From assembly GCA_036478295.1 (NCBI GenBank), contig JAZGDW010000303.1:1-38359 (forward strand): 38,359 nt of DNA, given 5' to 3'. The translations under genes and the position numbers were made by a program. Under the pieces are notes generated by a model that did no database searches, was not told where the DNA came from, and worked only from the letters and a program-made list of their open reading frames with translations. Source of the DNA: Candidatus Krumholzibacteriia bacterium (GTDB taxonomy: Bacteria; Krumholzibacteriota; Krumholzibacteriia; WVZY01). Positions within the stretch are counted from its first letter, which is position 1. Each line of letters begins with the position of its first letter. Below, one piece after another: positions 18,223 through 27,386 of the stretch.

Positions 18223-18430
18223 CCCTTCTCCCCTCTCAATCGGCCCTCCGGCCGTACTCTACAAGCTCCTACGTTAGGTAACACGTGTAACCTGTTATTC
18301 ATTAATGTATTAAGTGCTAACCACCACATATGGTAGGCTCGGTGGTACGCCTGCCAGAAAACACTTTAGGTAACGGGTTTAATGGTCTGTCACGAGTTCA
18401 CATATGAGGGGCAAAAAGTTCCGATGCGGG

Positions 18431-18460
18431 TTGACAATTTCTGGCTGACCCGTCTATACT
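18431..18460 (+). promoter_or_regulatory. Near-consensus sigma-70 promoter
   Basis: TTGACA-N18-TATACT with no downstream + strand protein gene. Confidence 0.7.
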
Positions 18461-18466
18461 AATGAC

Positions 18467-18601
18467 AACGAGAGCATCCCATTCCATCCCGTGAGCCCTC
18501 TGCTCTCAAGCTAGATTGCTTAAGCGAAGCGGTTGCCGCATGGGCCTCTGACGGGCATTTGCACCACGTTTGGAAGGGGCTTCTGCTCTCGTTACTTTTT
18601 T
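18467..18601 (+). ncRNA. Candidate structured small RNA (~135 nt)
   Basis: Starts at the predicted TSS. AACGAGAGCA pairs with TGCTCTCGTT (18584-18593); inner pairs TTCCA/TGGAA, CGTG/CACG, GCCC/GGGC; two small hairpins; ends in a T6 run. Confidence 0.6.
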
Positions 18602-18632
18602 GCCCCCCCACGGTTCTCTTCCTCGAATAAAG

Positions 18633-18641
18633 TTATCCACA
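18633..18641 (+). promoter_or_regulatory. Single perfect DnaA box
   Basis: TTATCCACA; isolated, function uncertain. Confidence 0.3.
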
Positions 18642-18659
18642 AAAACTCTTGCGGCGCAC

Positions 18660-20048
18660 TTATTGTCCGAGTGCTCGAGCCACCTGTTCGCTAACCTCGC
18701 GTGCGTTGTCGACGCAATCCACGACGGAAACGCCGCCGCGAAAATTGCCGGTCACAAACAAACCGGGCACACGCGACTCGAGTTGCTCGATGGATTCGAT
18801 GATCCTGTTGTGGCCGAGATTGTACTGGGGGATCGCCTTCGGCCATCTCTTGACGACCGTGACATCGGCAGGCCTCTCGATACCCAGCAAATCGCGGAGT
18901 TCTTCTTGTACCACTGCCACTAACTCGTCGTACGAGGCGGTCGCCGCCGCGGGCGATCGCCCACCACCGATGTAGGTGGTCAGCGCCACCCCGTTTGCCG
19001 GCGCACGACCCGGGAACACTGACGAGTTCCATAGCGTACCCAGAATCCCGCGCGCTTCCCTGGCGGGGACCAGGAACCCGAAGCCTCTCAGGTCGACCGC
19101 CGCCGGGTTGGCGTTGTATCCGAAGAACACGACACTGACCGGGGGGTACGTGATGCGCTTCAGCGCGTCATGGATGGGCGGCTCGAAATCCAGGTGCACA
19201 TCGTCGTAGGCGCAGGCAGGTATGGTCAGGACGGCGGCCCGGCACCGGAGTCTTGCCGCGCCGGCGGCGGACTGCAGGTGGAGCAGGAAACCCGAGTCGC
19301 TCCTGTGTACCGCCTTGAGCCGCGTGCCGGTTTCGATCGAGTCGGCGAGCCGCGTCCCCAGTGCATCGACCAACGTCTGCATACCGCCTTTGAACGACAG
19401 CATGCCCTTGCGGGTCTCGGAATCGGCGCCTCGTTTACTCCGTTCCCTCTTCCCCATGATCGCCCCCTTGATGAGACTCCCGAAGCGCTGCTCGAGTTCG
19501 TAGAGTGTGGGAAACGCGGCACGCACACTGAGATCTTCGGGCACGCCCGCGTATACACCGGCGACAAACGGGTCAATGGCGTAGTCGAGCATTTCCTGGC
19601 CGAGGCGGCGCTTGACGAACACGGCGAGCGACTCCTCCGCATCGGGATCGCCGGGGCGCACGAAGGGCTCTTTGAGCACGCGCAGTTTCGCCCGCAACGA
19701 GAAGAGATCTGTTTTTACGGCAGAGACGAGACCGAGCGGCAACTGGCGCAGACGTCCGCCGCGCACGATGTAGCGGCGCCTGGCCCGGGGATCCGCGTAT
19801 TCGAGGGATGCAGAAATGGCGAGGTCGGCCAGCAGCGTTTCGATCGCCGGTGTGGTCTTGAGGACACTGGTCGGTCCGTGCTCGAAGAGAAACTCGTTCA
19901 CCCGCTCGGACCGGATGACGCCGCCCGGCCGGTCGCTCATCTCCAGCACGCGTACACCAATGCCACGGCGCTCGAGGAAATGCGCGATGCAGAGACCGGT
20001 GATCCCGGCCCCGACAATGCCGACCTCGATGCGGGCCGACGGGCTCAT
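18660..20048 (-). CDS. hemG: Protoporphyrinogen/coproporphyrinogen oxidase (HemY-type flavoprotein)
   Basis: GAGITGL, GGVIRS, EHGP, PFVAGVYAG, GFGFLVP, RWPKAIPQY..GH; RBS GGAAGGAG before the ATG at 20048. Confidence 0.92.
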   Translation of the reverse strand: MSPSARIEVGIVGAGITGLCIAHFLERRGIGVRVLEMSDRPGGVIRSERVNEFLFEHGPTSVLKTTPAIETLLADLAISASLEYADPRARRRYIVRGGRLRQLPLGLVSAVKTDLFSLRAKLRVLKEPFVRPGDPDAEESLAVFVKRRLGQEMLDYAIDPFVAGVYAGVPEDLSVRAAFPTLYELEQRFGSLIKGAIMGKRERSKRGADSETRKGMLSFKGGMQTLVDALGTRLADSIETGTRLKAVHRSDSGFLLHLQSAAGAARLRCRAAVLTIPACAYDDVHLDFEPPIHDALKRITYPPVSVVFFGYNANPAAVDLRGFGFLVPAREARGILGTLWNSSVFPGRAPANGVALTTYIGGGRSPAAATASYDELVAVVQEELRDLLGIERPADVTVVKRWPKAIPQYNLGHNRIIESIEQLESRVPGLFVTGNFRGGVSVVDCVDNAREVSEQVARALGQ

Positions 20049-20073
20049 GTGCCGCGTGCTCCTTCCCAGGCCG

Positions 20074-21162
20074 TTAGTAACCCGACACCTGCTCGTCCGG
20101 TAGCAGTTGCGGTTCTTCCTGCTCACACCAGCTGACCAGAGTGTCTACCCAACGCGGATGATCATTGAGACACGGAATCATCTCGAACCGCTCGCCGCCC
20201 GCCGACAAAAAAGTTTCCCTGCCCCTGATCTCGATCTCTTCGAGAGTTTCCAGGCAGTCCGTCACGAATGCCGGACAGATAACTTTCAAATTCTTGACGT
20301 GCGATGCGCCAAGCCGATGTAATTCCTCCATCGTCGCCGGCTTGAGCCAGGGGTCCCGTCCCAGGCGCGACTGAAACGCGACCGAATACCTGCCGGCGGG
20401 GATTCCCGCCCGCTCGACGAAGAGGTCGGTGGTTCGCAAGACCTGGTGGCGATAACAGGTCCTGTGGGCCACGGACGCGTCCTGGCAGCACGAATCCCCC
20501 TGCAGGCAGTGCCCGCCCGTGGGATCGCTCTTTGTCACATGTCGCTCCGGTAGACCGTGGTAACTGAACAACAGGTGATCCATGTCGCCGTTCAAGCGGT
20601 CGCCGGCACTTTCCACCAGTGCGTCCATGTAATCTGGGTCTTGGTAAAACGGTGCGATCACCTCGAGCTTTACGGGCGCGTGCATCTTGTCGATTACCCT
20701 CTTGACTTCGGCGACGGAGCTTTCGTAGCTGGACATGGCATAATGTGGGTAAAGTGGGATCATCCGTATCTGTTCGATGTCGCCCCCGCGCAGGATACGG
20801 GCGATCGCATCAGCAATGGAAGGGTTTCCGTAGCGCATTGCCAGCGCCACCGGCGACGACACCCTCCGCGCTACCATCTCCTGCACGCGCTTGCTCGTGG
20901 CAACGAGCGGTGATCCTTCGCTGCTCCATATGGTGCGGTAGGCGGCTGCGGACCGGGCGGCTCTGAAGGGCAGGATCGTGCAGGTCACGATGAACTTGCG
21001 CAGCGGCCAGGCGACGTCGATTACCCGTCCGTCCATCAGAAACTGGTGGAGATATCGCCTGACATCACGCGGTGTCGGGGCGTCCGGCGAACCGAGGTTC
21101 ACCAGGAGCACACAGCGTTTCGGCCTGGATTCGTCAGATTTAGCCTCGGCCATTTCCATCAT
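20074..21162 (-). CDS. hemH: Ferrochelatase
   Basis: LLVNLGSP, AMRYGNPS, PLYPHYA, FSYHGLP, FQSRLG..PW, FVTDCLETLEEI. Confidence 0.95.
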   Translation of the reverse strand: MMEMAEAKSDESRPKRCVLLVNLGSPDAPTPRDVRRYLHQFLMDGRVIDVAWPLRKFIVTCTILPFRAARSAAAYRTIWSSEGSPLVATSKRVQEMVARRVSSPVALAMRYGNPSIADAIARILRGGDIEQIRMIPLYPHYAMSSYESSVAEVKRVIDKMHAPVKLEVIAPFYQDPDYMDALVESAGDRLNGDMDHLLFSYHGLPERHVTKSDPTGGHCLQGDSCCQDASVAHRTCYRHQVLRTTDLFVERAGIPAGRYSVAFQSRLGRDPWLKPATMEELHRLGASHVKNLKVICPAFVTDCLETLEEIEIRGRETFLSAGGERFEMIPCLNDHPRWVDTLVSWCEQEEPQLLPDEQVSGY

Positions 21163-22559
21163 ACGGTTCGGGAGTAAATCTGCTTCTTGCCGTCATGACC
21201 GTCCTGCAGGTAGCGGTCGAATATCATGGCGATGTTGCGGATGATCAGCCGGCCCTTCTCGTGAACCTGGAGCCGGTCGGGCAACATGGACACCAGGCCG
21301 TCGTCGACGAACTCGCCGAGCCTGGCAAGCGCTCGGGCAAAGTAGTCATCGAAATCAACGGCGTACCTCCGTTCAACTTCCGATTTGACAACACGGCTGT
21401 TACACATTAGCTCGGTAATGACGTAGCGCCGCAGTTGATCGTCGTCGTCCAACCGGCAACCGGAAAAGGCTGGAAGGCCGCCGCTTTGTATATCCGCCTT
21501 GTATTCGTTGATCGTCTTTCGGTTCTGCACGTAGACGTGCCGCAGCTGGCTGATCGAGGACACGCCCATGGCGTAGATCTCCAGTTCGGCATGGGTGCTG
21601 TAACCTTGAAAATTCCGGTGCAGCGTGTGGTCCGCCAATGCGGTCGACAGCTCGTCGCCGGGTTTGGCGAAATGGTCCATGCCGATGTACACGTAACCCG
21701 CGCCGGTCAGGCGATCGATGACCATCTTGAGAATCTTCAACCGGTCACCGGCGTTCGGCAGCGATTCCTCGGGAATAATCTTCTGGTGTTTTTTCAACCA
21801 TGGCACATGCGCGTAATTGAATACGGCCAGCCGATCCGGCGCGATGTCGATGATTTTGTCGATGGTGATTTCATACGAGTCCAGGGTTTGGTACGGCAGG
21901 CCATAAATCAAATCGACGTTGACGGAGTCGAACCCCAGTTCCCTGCTCTTTTCGACCACGGCCCGTGTCAGCGCCTCCGGCTGAACGCGGTTGATCGTTT
22001 CTTGCACCTTGGGGTCGAAATCCTGCACCCCGTAGCTAACGCGAGTGAACCCGGCGTCCCTGATACTCGGCAGGTGATCGTCGGAAAGCCGGCGCGGGTC
22101 TATCTCGACACTGACTTCGGCCCCGGCGGCAAAGTCGAAACGGTCTTGTATAAAGGAGCTGATGTCACGTATTTGCGGCGGGGTGAGATACGTCGGAGTG
22201 CCGCCTCCCCAGTGCATCTGCACCACCTTACGGTCGGGGTGGGTGAGGCCCGCAATGAGATCGATCTCTTTCTTGAGGTGCGCGAGATAGTCTTCGATCT
22301 GGTTGCGGTCATGCGTAATCGTCATGTTGCAGCCGCAGAAATAACAGAGAGATTCGCAAAACGGAAAGTGGAAATAGAGCGAGAGGTCCGGCAGATCCGT
22401 CCCGCGGTTCGAATCCACGATTTCCCGGTGGTACTCTGCTGCGCCAAAATCCTCGCTGAAATGGGGCGCGGTGGGATAGCTCGTGTAGCGCGGCCCCGGG
22501 CGGTCATACTTTTGCAGTAGGTCCAGGTCTACGCTCATGCCGTCTTCGCGAGAGGTCAT
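21159..22559 (-). CDS. hemN: Oxygen-independent coproporphyrinogen III dehydrogenase (radical SAM)
   Basis: GPRYTSYPTA, HFPFCESLCYFCGC, HWGGGTP, IGMDHFA, HRNFQGY; start at 22559 (RBS AAGGAAG) or 22538. Confidence 0.96.
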   Translation of the reverse strand: MTSREDGMSVDLDLLQKYDRPGPRYTSYPTAPHFSEDFGAAEYHREIVDSNRGTDLPDLSLYFHFPFCESLCYFCGCNMTITHDRNQIEDYLAHLKKEIDLIAGLTHPDRKVVQMHWGGGTPTYLTPPQIRDISSFIQDRFDFAAGAEVSVEIDPRRLSDDHLPSIRDAGFTRVSYGVQDFDPKVQETINRVQPEALTRAVVEKSRELGFDSVNVDLIYGLPYQTLDSYEITIDKIIDIAPDRLAVFNYAHVPWLKKHQKIIPEESLPNAGDRLKILKMVIDRLTGAGYVYIGMDHFAKPGDELSTALADHTLHRNFQGYSTHAELEIYAMGVSSISQLRHVYVQNRKTINEYKADIQSGGLPAFSGCRLDDDDQLRRYVITELMCNSRVVKSEVERRYAVDFDDYFARALARLGEFVDDGLVSMLPDRLQVHEKGRLIIRNIAMIFDRYLQDGHDGKKQIYSRTV

Positions 22560-22866
22560 ACACTTCCTTATTTGATTGCTGTACACTACTGAATATTAAT
22601 AGGTTACGCTTATTTTGCATATGTGGCTGTGCTCTAAATTAAACACAAAGGCACCTGGAGTTCAACGCTAATATCGATGGCGGCCGATCAGCCACGTGCT
22701 GTGAATCGGTGGCCCGCTGTCTGACGTGGGGCTGACGGTGGCGCGAACGGCCTGTGCGGTACCAGTGGCGGTGGGTACGTGGTCGAGCGGCAAAGCTCCG
22801 CGGCATCAATTCTGCCGACTCGAAGCGCACTCGGCCACGCGCACTATGATCTTGCTCGAGTAAGAC

Positions 22867-23469
22867 CTAGAAACGATAGCCCAGGGTCAGCTCGAAAGTC
22901 GGCACCACCGACGTCGCATCGCCGGGCGCATTGGAGACAAAAAATGTCGGTATCTGCCCGCGTACGTCGAGCTGCTCCGAGAACCTGTGCCCGATACCGA
23001 AGTTCAGGATGACTCCCGCCGACGTACCGTCGTCAGACTGCATGCTGCCTCCACCGGGCAATGGCGTGCCGAGAGAGGTGTCGGTCGCGCTGCGCTCTTC
23101 CCAGTCTATGGAAAATGCGCCCACACCCGCGCCGACCACGAAATACGGTCCCGGCTTGTCCATCGAATACTGGATAAGGTAATTGGCCAGGGCGGCCACC
23201 ACGAGTACGTCGGTCGTCTCTTCGTACGTGTGAAACTCCACGGTGGTTTCATCGAAGCTGCCCCCAAAAACCACCAGGGAGAGTTCGACGGCATTGATAC
23301 CCAGCGCCCTCGTGTAGTTGAGTTCACCACCGTACGCGATTCCGCCTGTAATATCGGTGCCGATTCCGACACGTAAACCCGCACCATCCACCTGCTGGCC
23401 GTAGGCAGATTGGGTGACCACAAAACCCAGGCAGGCTACCAATAGTCCGAATTGCAACAACCGTTTCAT
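22867..23469 (-). CDS. Outer-membrane beta-barrel protein
   Basis: Signal peptide MKRLLQFGLLVACLGFVVTQSAYG, amphipathic strands, PYFVVGAGVG, C-terminal LGYRF. Confidence 0.8.
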   Translation of the reverse strand: MKRLLQFGLLVACLGFVVTQSAYGQQVDGAGLRVGIGTDITGGIAYGGELNYTRALGINAVELSLVVFGGSFDETTVEFHTYEETTDVLVVAALANYLIQYSMDKPGPYFVVGAGVGAFSIDWEERSATDTSLGTPLPGGGSMQSDDGTSAGVILNFGIGHRFSEQLDVRGQIPTFFVSNAPGDATSVVPTFELTLGYRF

Positions 23470-23686
23470 ACCTTCTCCTCTCCCCCATGGTGAGGGTTGC
23501 CAGGTTATGTTGCAGAACGAAACGCCATCTCGCGAATGGCGGTTAGCATAGAGCACTACAAGAAAAAACCCCGTTTGTCAACCGCCCCGGCTGGCCGCTC
23601 TCTGACCCAGTGTGGCGCGGCCTGTCGTGTCGATCTCCAGAAACGCCGGTGTGATCTGACACAAGACCGGTCCCGCGTCCGCGGAC

Positions 23687-25195
23687 CTACTGGGACGGCA
23701 GCCGGATATCCGCGAGCGTATACACGTGTCCCACCCGGTCGTAGAGAAAAACACGGGAGGTCGCCGTTTCTTCTTCGTACAAACGTTTCGGATCGATGTC
23801 CAGCACGACCTCGATGGAGGGATCCCCGAGGGTCAAGGCGACGGCGGCTCCGTTCCCCAGTGCCCAGAACAAGTCCCTCTCTCCCCCGCCGGCCTGACCT
23901 TTCTCCCGCACGAAATAGATCATATGCACGGTACGGGTGGCGCGCGTGTCGCCGGCCTTCGCCAGTAGATCGTCATGGATGCGTTTCCCGATCGTTGCCC
24001 TGCGGATGACGAAGCTCGCGTCCTCCCACGTTGCCGGGTCGGTCGCCCGCTTGAAGTTCGCCCGCACCATCGAGAACGAGCCCACAAAAACTCCCACGAC
24101 CACTAAGGATGTCACCACCACACGCGCGCGGCGGCCAGACATCATTGCCATACCGAAGAAATCGTTCAGCGCGAGTGCGAACAGATACATGACGCCGAGC
24201 GATGGCACGTAGGTGTGGTAGTAGAATTGGTGACCGCGCAGAAACAGTGTCGGAAACAACGTGACCAACAGAAAGCCGATAGCAAACACGACGGCGCCGA
24301 ATCTACGGCGATTCAGGTGATAGACCACCAGCGCGATCAGCACAGCGTGCGGCCACCTGAACGCGAGTGGGTCGCCGGTAATCAGTCCCGAGACCACCGG
24401 CCATGGGTTGGTCAAGGCGCCTAGATAGGTGACCACGTTCTCGAGGACGTTTTTCTCGTAGGCGAACCCCGCAAAACCCGAATCGGGGACACCCTTGAGG
24501 GCTCTCTGTATCGTGTATACGCCGAAGATCAGCAGGTGGGGCCACAACCAGTACAACGTCTCGCGCACGCGGAAGCGACGGCCGGCAACGCCGAGTAACG
24601 CCACCGCCACCAGCAGAGCACCTGCGGCAAAGGTTTGCTCGAGGCTCAAGACGGCAAACACGTAGGAAGCGGAGGACACGATTTGCATCGCTCCCGAGCG
24701 ATCCTGCAGAGCCCGCAATCCCGCCCAAAAACAGAGCAAGAAGAAGAACCCGCCAGCGAGTTGCTGGATACACGATATCCAGGCAACAGCGTTGAGAAAT
24801 GCCACGTTCATACCGAACAGCGCCGCGGTCACGATGGCCGGCGCCGGCCTCACAGCCAGGCGAAGGACAATGCGGTACACAAGCAGTGTGCTCGCGACAT
24901 GAACAGCGAGAGAGACGAAATGATACATGAACGGTTTCAGACCGAAGACGGCATACATGACCGCGAAGTACACATATTTTGTCAATGGACGATAATGGTG
25001 TTTTGTGAAATCGAATGCCCAACCTGGATCGTTGACGGCGCGCTGAATCAGCATGAAGTCGTCCTGCGCGAAAAAGAGTGTCAACACGGGCAGAAAACAT
25101 ACAGCGGTGAGGACGAGAACTCCACCGGGCATGGCCAGCGAAAACGTCCGCCCGGCGTCGGCCGGTGGTTTCCTTATGGTCTTGGAATGTTTCAT
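23687..25195 (-). CDS. GT-C fold membrane glycosyltransferase (ArnT/PMT/TMTC-like), paralog A
   Basis: QDDF acidic motif after TM1, YRPL, FGL.P..YH.VSL..H, multiple TM helices. Confidence 0.7.
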   Translation of the reverse strand: MKHSKTIRKPPADAGRTFSLAMPGGVLVLTAVCFLPVLTLFFAQDDFMLIQRAVNDPGWAFDFTKHHYRPLTKYVYFAVMYAVFGLKPFMYHFVSLAVHVASTLLVYRIVLRLAVRPAPAIVTAALFGMNVAFLNAVAWISCIQQLAGGFFFLLCFWAGLRALQDRSGAMQIVSSASYVFAVLSLEQTFAAGALLVAVALLGVAGRRFRVRETLYWLWPHLLIFGVYTIQRALKGVPDSGFAGFAYEKNVLENVVTYLGALTNPWPVVSGLITGDPLAFRWPHAVLIALVVYHLNRRRFGAVVFAIGFLLVTLFPTLFLRGHQFYYHTYVPSLGVMYLFALALNDFFGMAMMSGRRARVVVTSLVVVGVFVGSFSMVRANFKRATDPATWEDASFVIRRATIGKRIHDDLLAKAGDTRATRTVHMIYFVREKGQAGGGERDLFWALGNGAAVALTLGDPSIEVVLDIDPKRLYEEETATSRVFLYDRVGHVYTLADIRLPSQ

Positions 25196-25351
25196 CGATC
25201 TCTGAAAGGACGGATGGTATCACAAGGAACGAATGGGCCGCTACCCCGCTCCCCGGCATGACGGGGCTTCACTCTCCCGTTCCATCGACCCCACGTTCCA
25301 TGCTACATTGAACTCTCTCACCCGCTGTGCTGTTTCTAAGCAAGAATACAC

Positions 25352-26251
25352 ATGGCCATCCGCTCGACCAAACATCATGCCAAGCTCCGGACTGCTGTTC
25401 TGACAGGATCCGCACTGGTGGCGTTCGCGGCCAACTCGGTTCTCTGCCGCCTGGCGCTCGGTAGCGCGAGCATCGACGCGGCGAGCTTCTCCACCATCCG
25501 GCTGGTGTCGGGTGCCGTCACATTGTTGCTGCTGGCAACGGTATCGAGGCAAAGAAGCGAATCCCGGTACCGGGGCAGCTGGATATCGGCCGGGATGTTG
25601 TTCCTCTACGCCGTCCCGTTCTCCTTTGCGTACGTCAGCCTGAGCACCGGCACTGGCGCCCTCATACTGTTCGGTGCCGTACAGGTAACCATGATTCTGG
25701 CCGCCCTGGTGTTTGGCGAGCGTCCTCAGCTTCTGGAATGGGTGGGGTTATCGATCGCGCTCATGGGGCTCGTGTACCTGGTGTTCCCCGGACTGCAGGC
25801 GCCATCCCTTGCCGGCTCGGCGCTCATGACGGTCGCCGGCATTTCGTGGGGCGTGTACTCCCTGCGGGGTCGCGGCCACCTGGATCCGGCCGTCGCCACC
25901 ACCAGCAATTTTGTTCGTTCGGTGCCGATGGTGCTTGTCGTCAGCCTCGTTACCCTGCGACACATCCATGTAACGCCCGCGGGTGCGGTACTCGCTGTCC
26001 TTTCGGGATCCCTGGCTTCGGGTATCGGATACGTGGTCTGGTATGCAGCCCTGCGAGGTTTGACGGCGACGCGGGCGGCAACGGTACAGCTTGCCGTGCC
26101 CGCTCTCGCCGCGTTGGGAGGTGTCGTTTTTCTGGCGGAAGAAGTATCGCTCCGCCTGATTCTCTCGGCAATCCTGATACTCAGCGGACTGGGCTTATCC
26201 ATGGCCGGCCGCAAGCGTTCGATCCATCCACCGGTGGCAAAACCGGGGTGA
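25352..26251 (+). CDS. DMT/EamA family transporter
   Basis: AFAANSVLCRLAL, FSFAY.SLSTGTGALILFGAVQ, SGIGYVVWY; about 10 TM helices. Confidence 0.88.
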   Translation: MAIRSTKHHAKLRTAVLTGSALVAFAANSVLCRLALGSASIDAASFSTIRLVSGAVTLLLLATVSRQRSESRYRGSWISAGMLFLYAVPFSFAYVSLSTGTGALILFGAVQVTMILAALVFGERPQLLEWVGLSIALMGLVYLVFPGLQAPSLAGSALMTVAGISWGVYSLRGRGHLDPAVATTSNFVRSVPMVLVVSLVTLRHIHVTPAGAVLAVLSGSLASGIGYVVWYAALRGLTATRAATVQLAVPALAALGGVVFLAEEVSLRLILSAILILSGLGLSMAGRKRSIHPPVAKPG

Positions 26252-26277
26252 GGCGCGACCCGGCCGCGCCGATTGCG

Positions 26278-26916
26278 TTACTTTCCACGTGCCCGATGTG
26301 CCCTCATCTGCGCGATCCGGACCAGCTCGTCCCGGTTGAGCACCCGGAACTCCACACGCCGATTCTTGGCCAGGCCCTGCACCGTCGAATTCGGTGCTGC
26401 CGGTTGGCTCTCTCCGTATCCGACCGGCGCCAACAACCGCCCGCGAATTATCGGACACCTTCGGATCAGGTACTTGCGCACCGCCTTGGCTCGCCTAAAG
26501 GACAGGACCTGGTTAAGTTTTTCCGAACCGCGGCTATCGGCGTGCCCCGATATCTCGACCCGGAGACTCGGCCAGTCCATCAGGAGGCGGCCGACGCCGT
26601 CGAGCACCTGGCGCGACTCCGCGGTCAGCCGTGCCTTTCCGGTGACAAAGTGGATGTTGGTGACCCGAAGGACGCCCGTACCCACGAGCTCCGTCTCCAT
26701 TGCATCCCGCGTCTGGCTCGGCCGGATGGCTGCCGCCTGGAGGCGCTCGGTCCGCGAGCGAAACGGCCACGGCGCGGCCAGGCTGCGCCCGAACTCTCCG
26801 GAGTGGTCTTCCGTATGTTTCCACCCGTGGTAGTGCCGGTCCCCCGCCGTGCCTGGAAGCACGCGGACAAAGAGCAAACCGCCCACCAGGACGAGCACTA
26901 AAATACAGGTCCGCAT
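26278..26916 (-). CDS. OmpA C-terminal (peptidoglycan-binding) domain protein
   Basis: IHFVTGKA, ISGHADSRG, N..LS.RRAKAV, GYGESQP, NRRVEF; signal peptide but no beta-barrel. Confidence 0.85.
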   Translation of the reverse strand: MRTCILVLVLVGGLLFVRVLPGTAGDRHYHGWKHTEDHSGEFGRSLAAPWPFRSRTERLQAAAIRPSQTRDAMETELVGTGVLRVTNIHFVTGKARLTAESRQVLDGVGRLLMDWPSLRVEISGHADSRGSEKLNQVLSFRRAKAVRKYLIRRCPIIRGRLLAPVGYGESQPAAPNSTVQGLAKNRRVEFRVLNRDELVRIAQMRAHRARGK

Positions 26917-27078
26917 GGATATCCCCCCTTTTGGTTCTTGATGCTAAGCGATTATTGAGGCCTAAAGGCTACCAGAGTCGTCGGACCCCTGCAAGCATTT
27001 CTTGGCTTCCGTATGGGCTATTCTCACATCATGGACTTCCAGCCAGAGACCAGCCAATGAATCCAGTCGAAGCCACCG

Positions 27079-27173
27079 CCTTTTGGAAGCCCCCACCCCG
27101 ATGAATAGGACATTTTCATTTGTGGGAGAATAGGACATTTTCAAATGCGGTTTACAACCTTTTGGAAGCCCCC
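27079..27173. mobile_element. Remnant IS end (IS1202/ISNCY-like) between 16-bp direct repeats
   Basis: GAATAGGACATTTTCA occurs twice (27103, 27128) and the segment ends in TTTACA. It is flanked by CCTTTTGGAAGCCCCC at 27079-27094 and 27158-27173. No transposase present. Confidence 0.55.
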
Positions 27174-27202
27174 TTGACGTGCGCGGCACTCTCCGTTACA
27201 CT
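27174..27202 (+). promoter_or_regulatory. Sigma-70 promoter of the lyase gene
   Basis: TTGACG-N17-TACACT. Confidence 0.55.
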
Positions 27203-27386
27203 CTCATCGACATTTCTCACGCGTGGTGTGATCCTGAAGGAGAACACGACCCTTCCCTACTGCTACCGCCTTTGAGTTCCAGTTTCCAGACCCGCCCACT
27301 CGGTACCCATGAGCACCACCATCTTTGAGCGCTTCGGCATACGCTGTCCGAGCGCCGGCTGGTTTTGAGTCTTGGGAGAAATCCGC

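Noticed and set aside
18467..18601. SRP (4.5S), 6S, tRNA or Y RNA identity for the candidate sRNA
   Set aside because: No CAGG-GNRA-AGCA helix, shorter than typical 6S, no cloverleaf, no Ro-binding stem seen; an Infernal search is still needed
18240..18641. Replication origin (AT-rich region plus DnaA box TTATCCACA)
   Set aside because: Only one perfect DnaA box, no dnaA/dnaN/gidA context, and a dif site lies 4.5 kb away
27079..27173. Mini CRISPR array
   Set aside because: Repeats are only 16 bp, occur in two copies in a nested arrangement, and no cas genes are present
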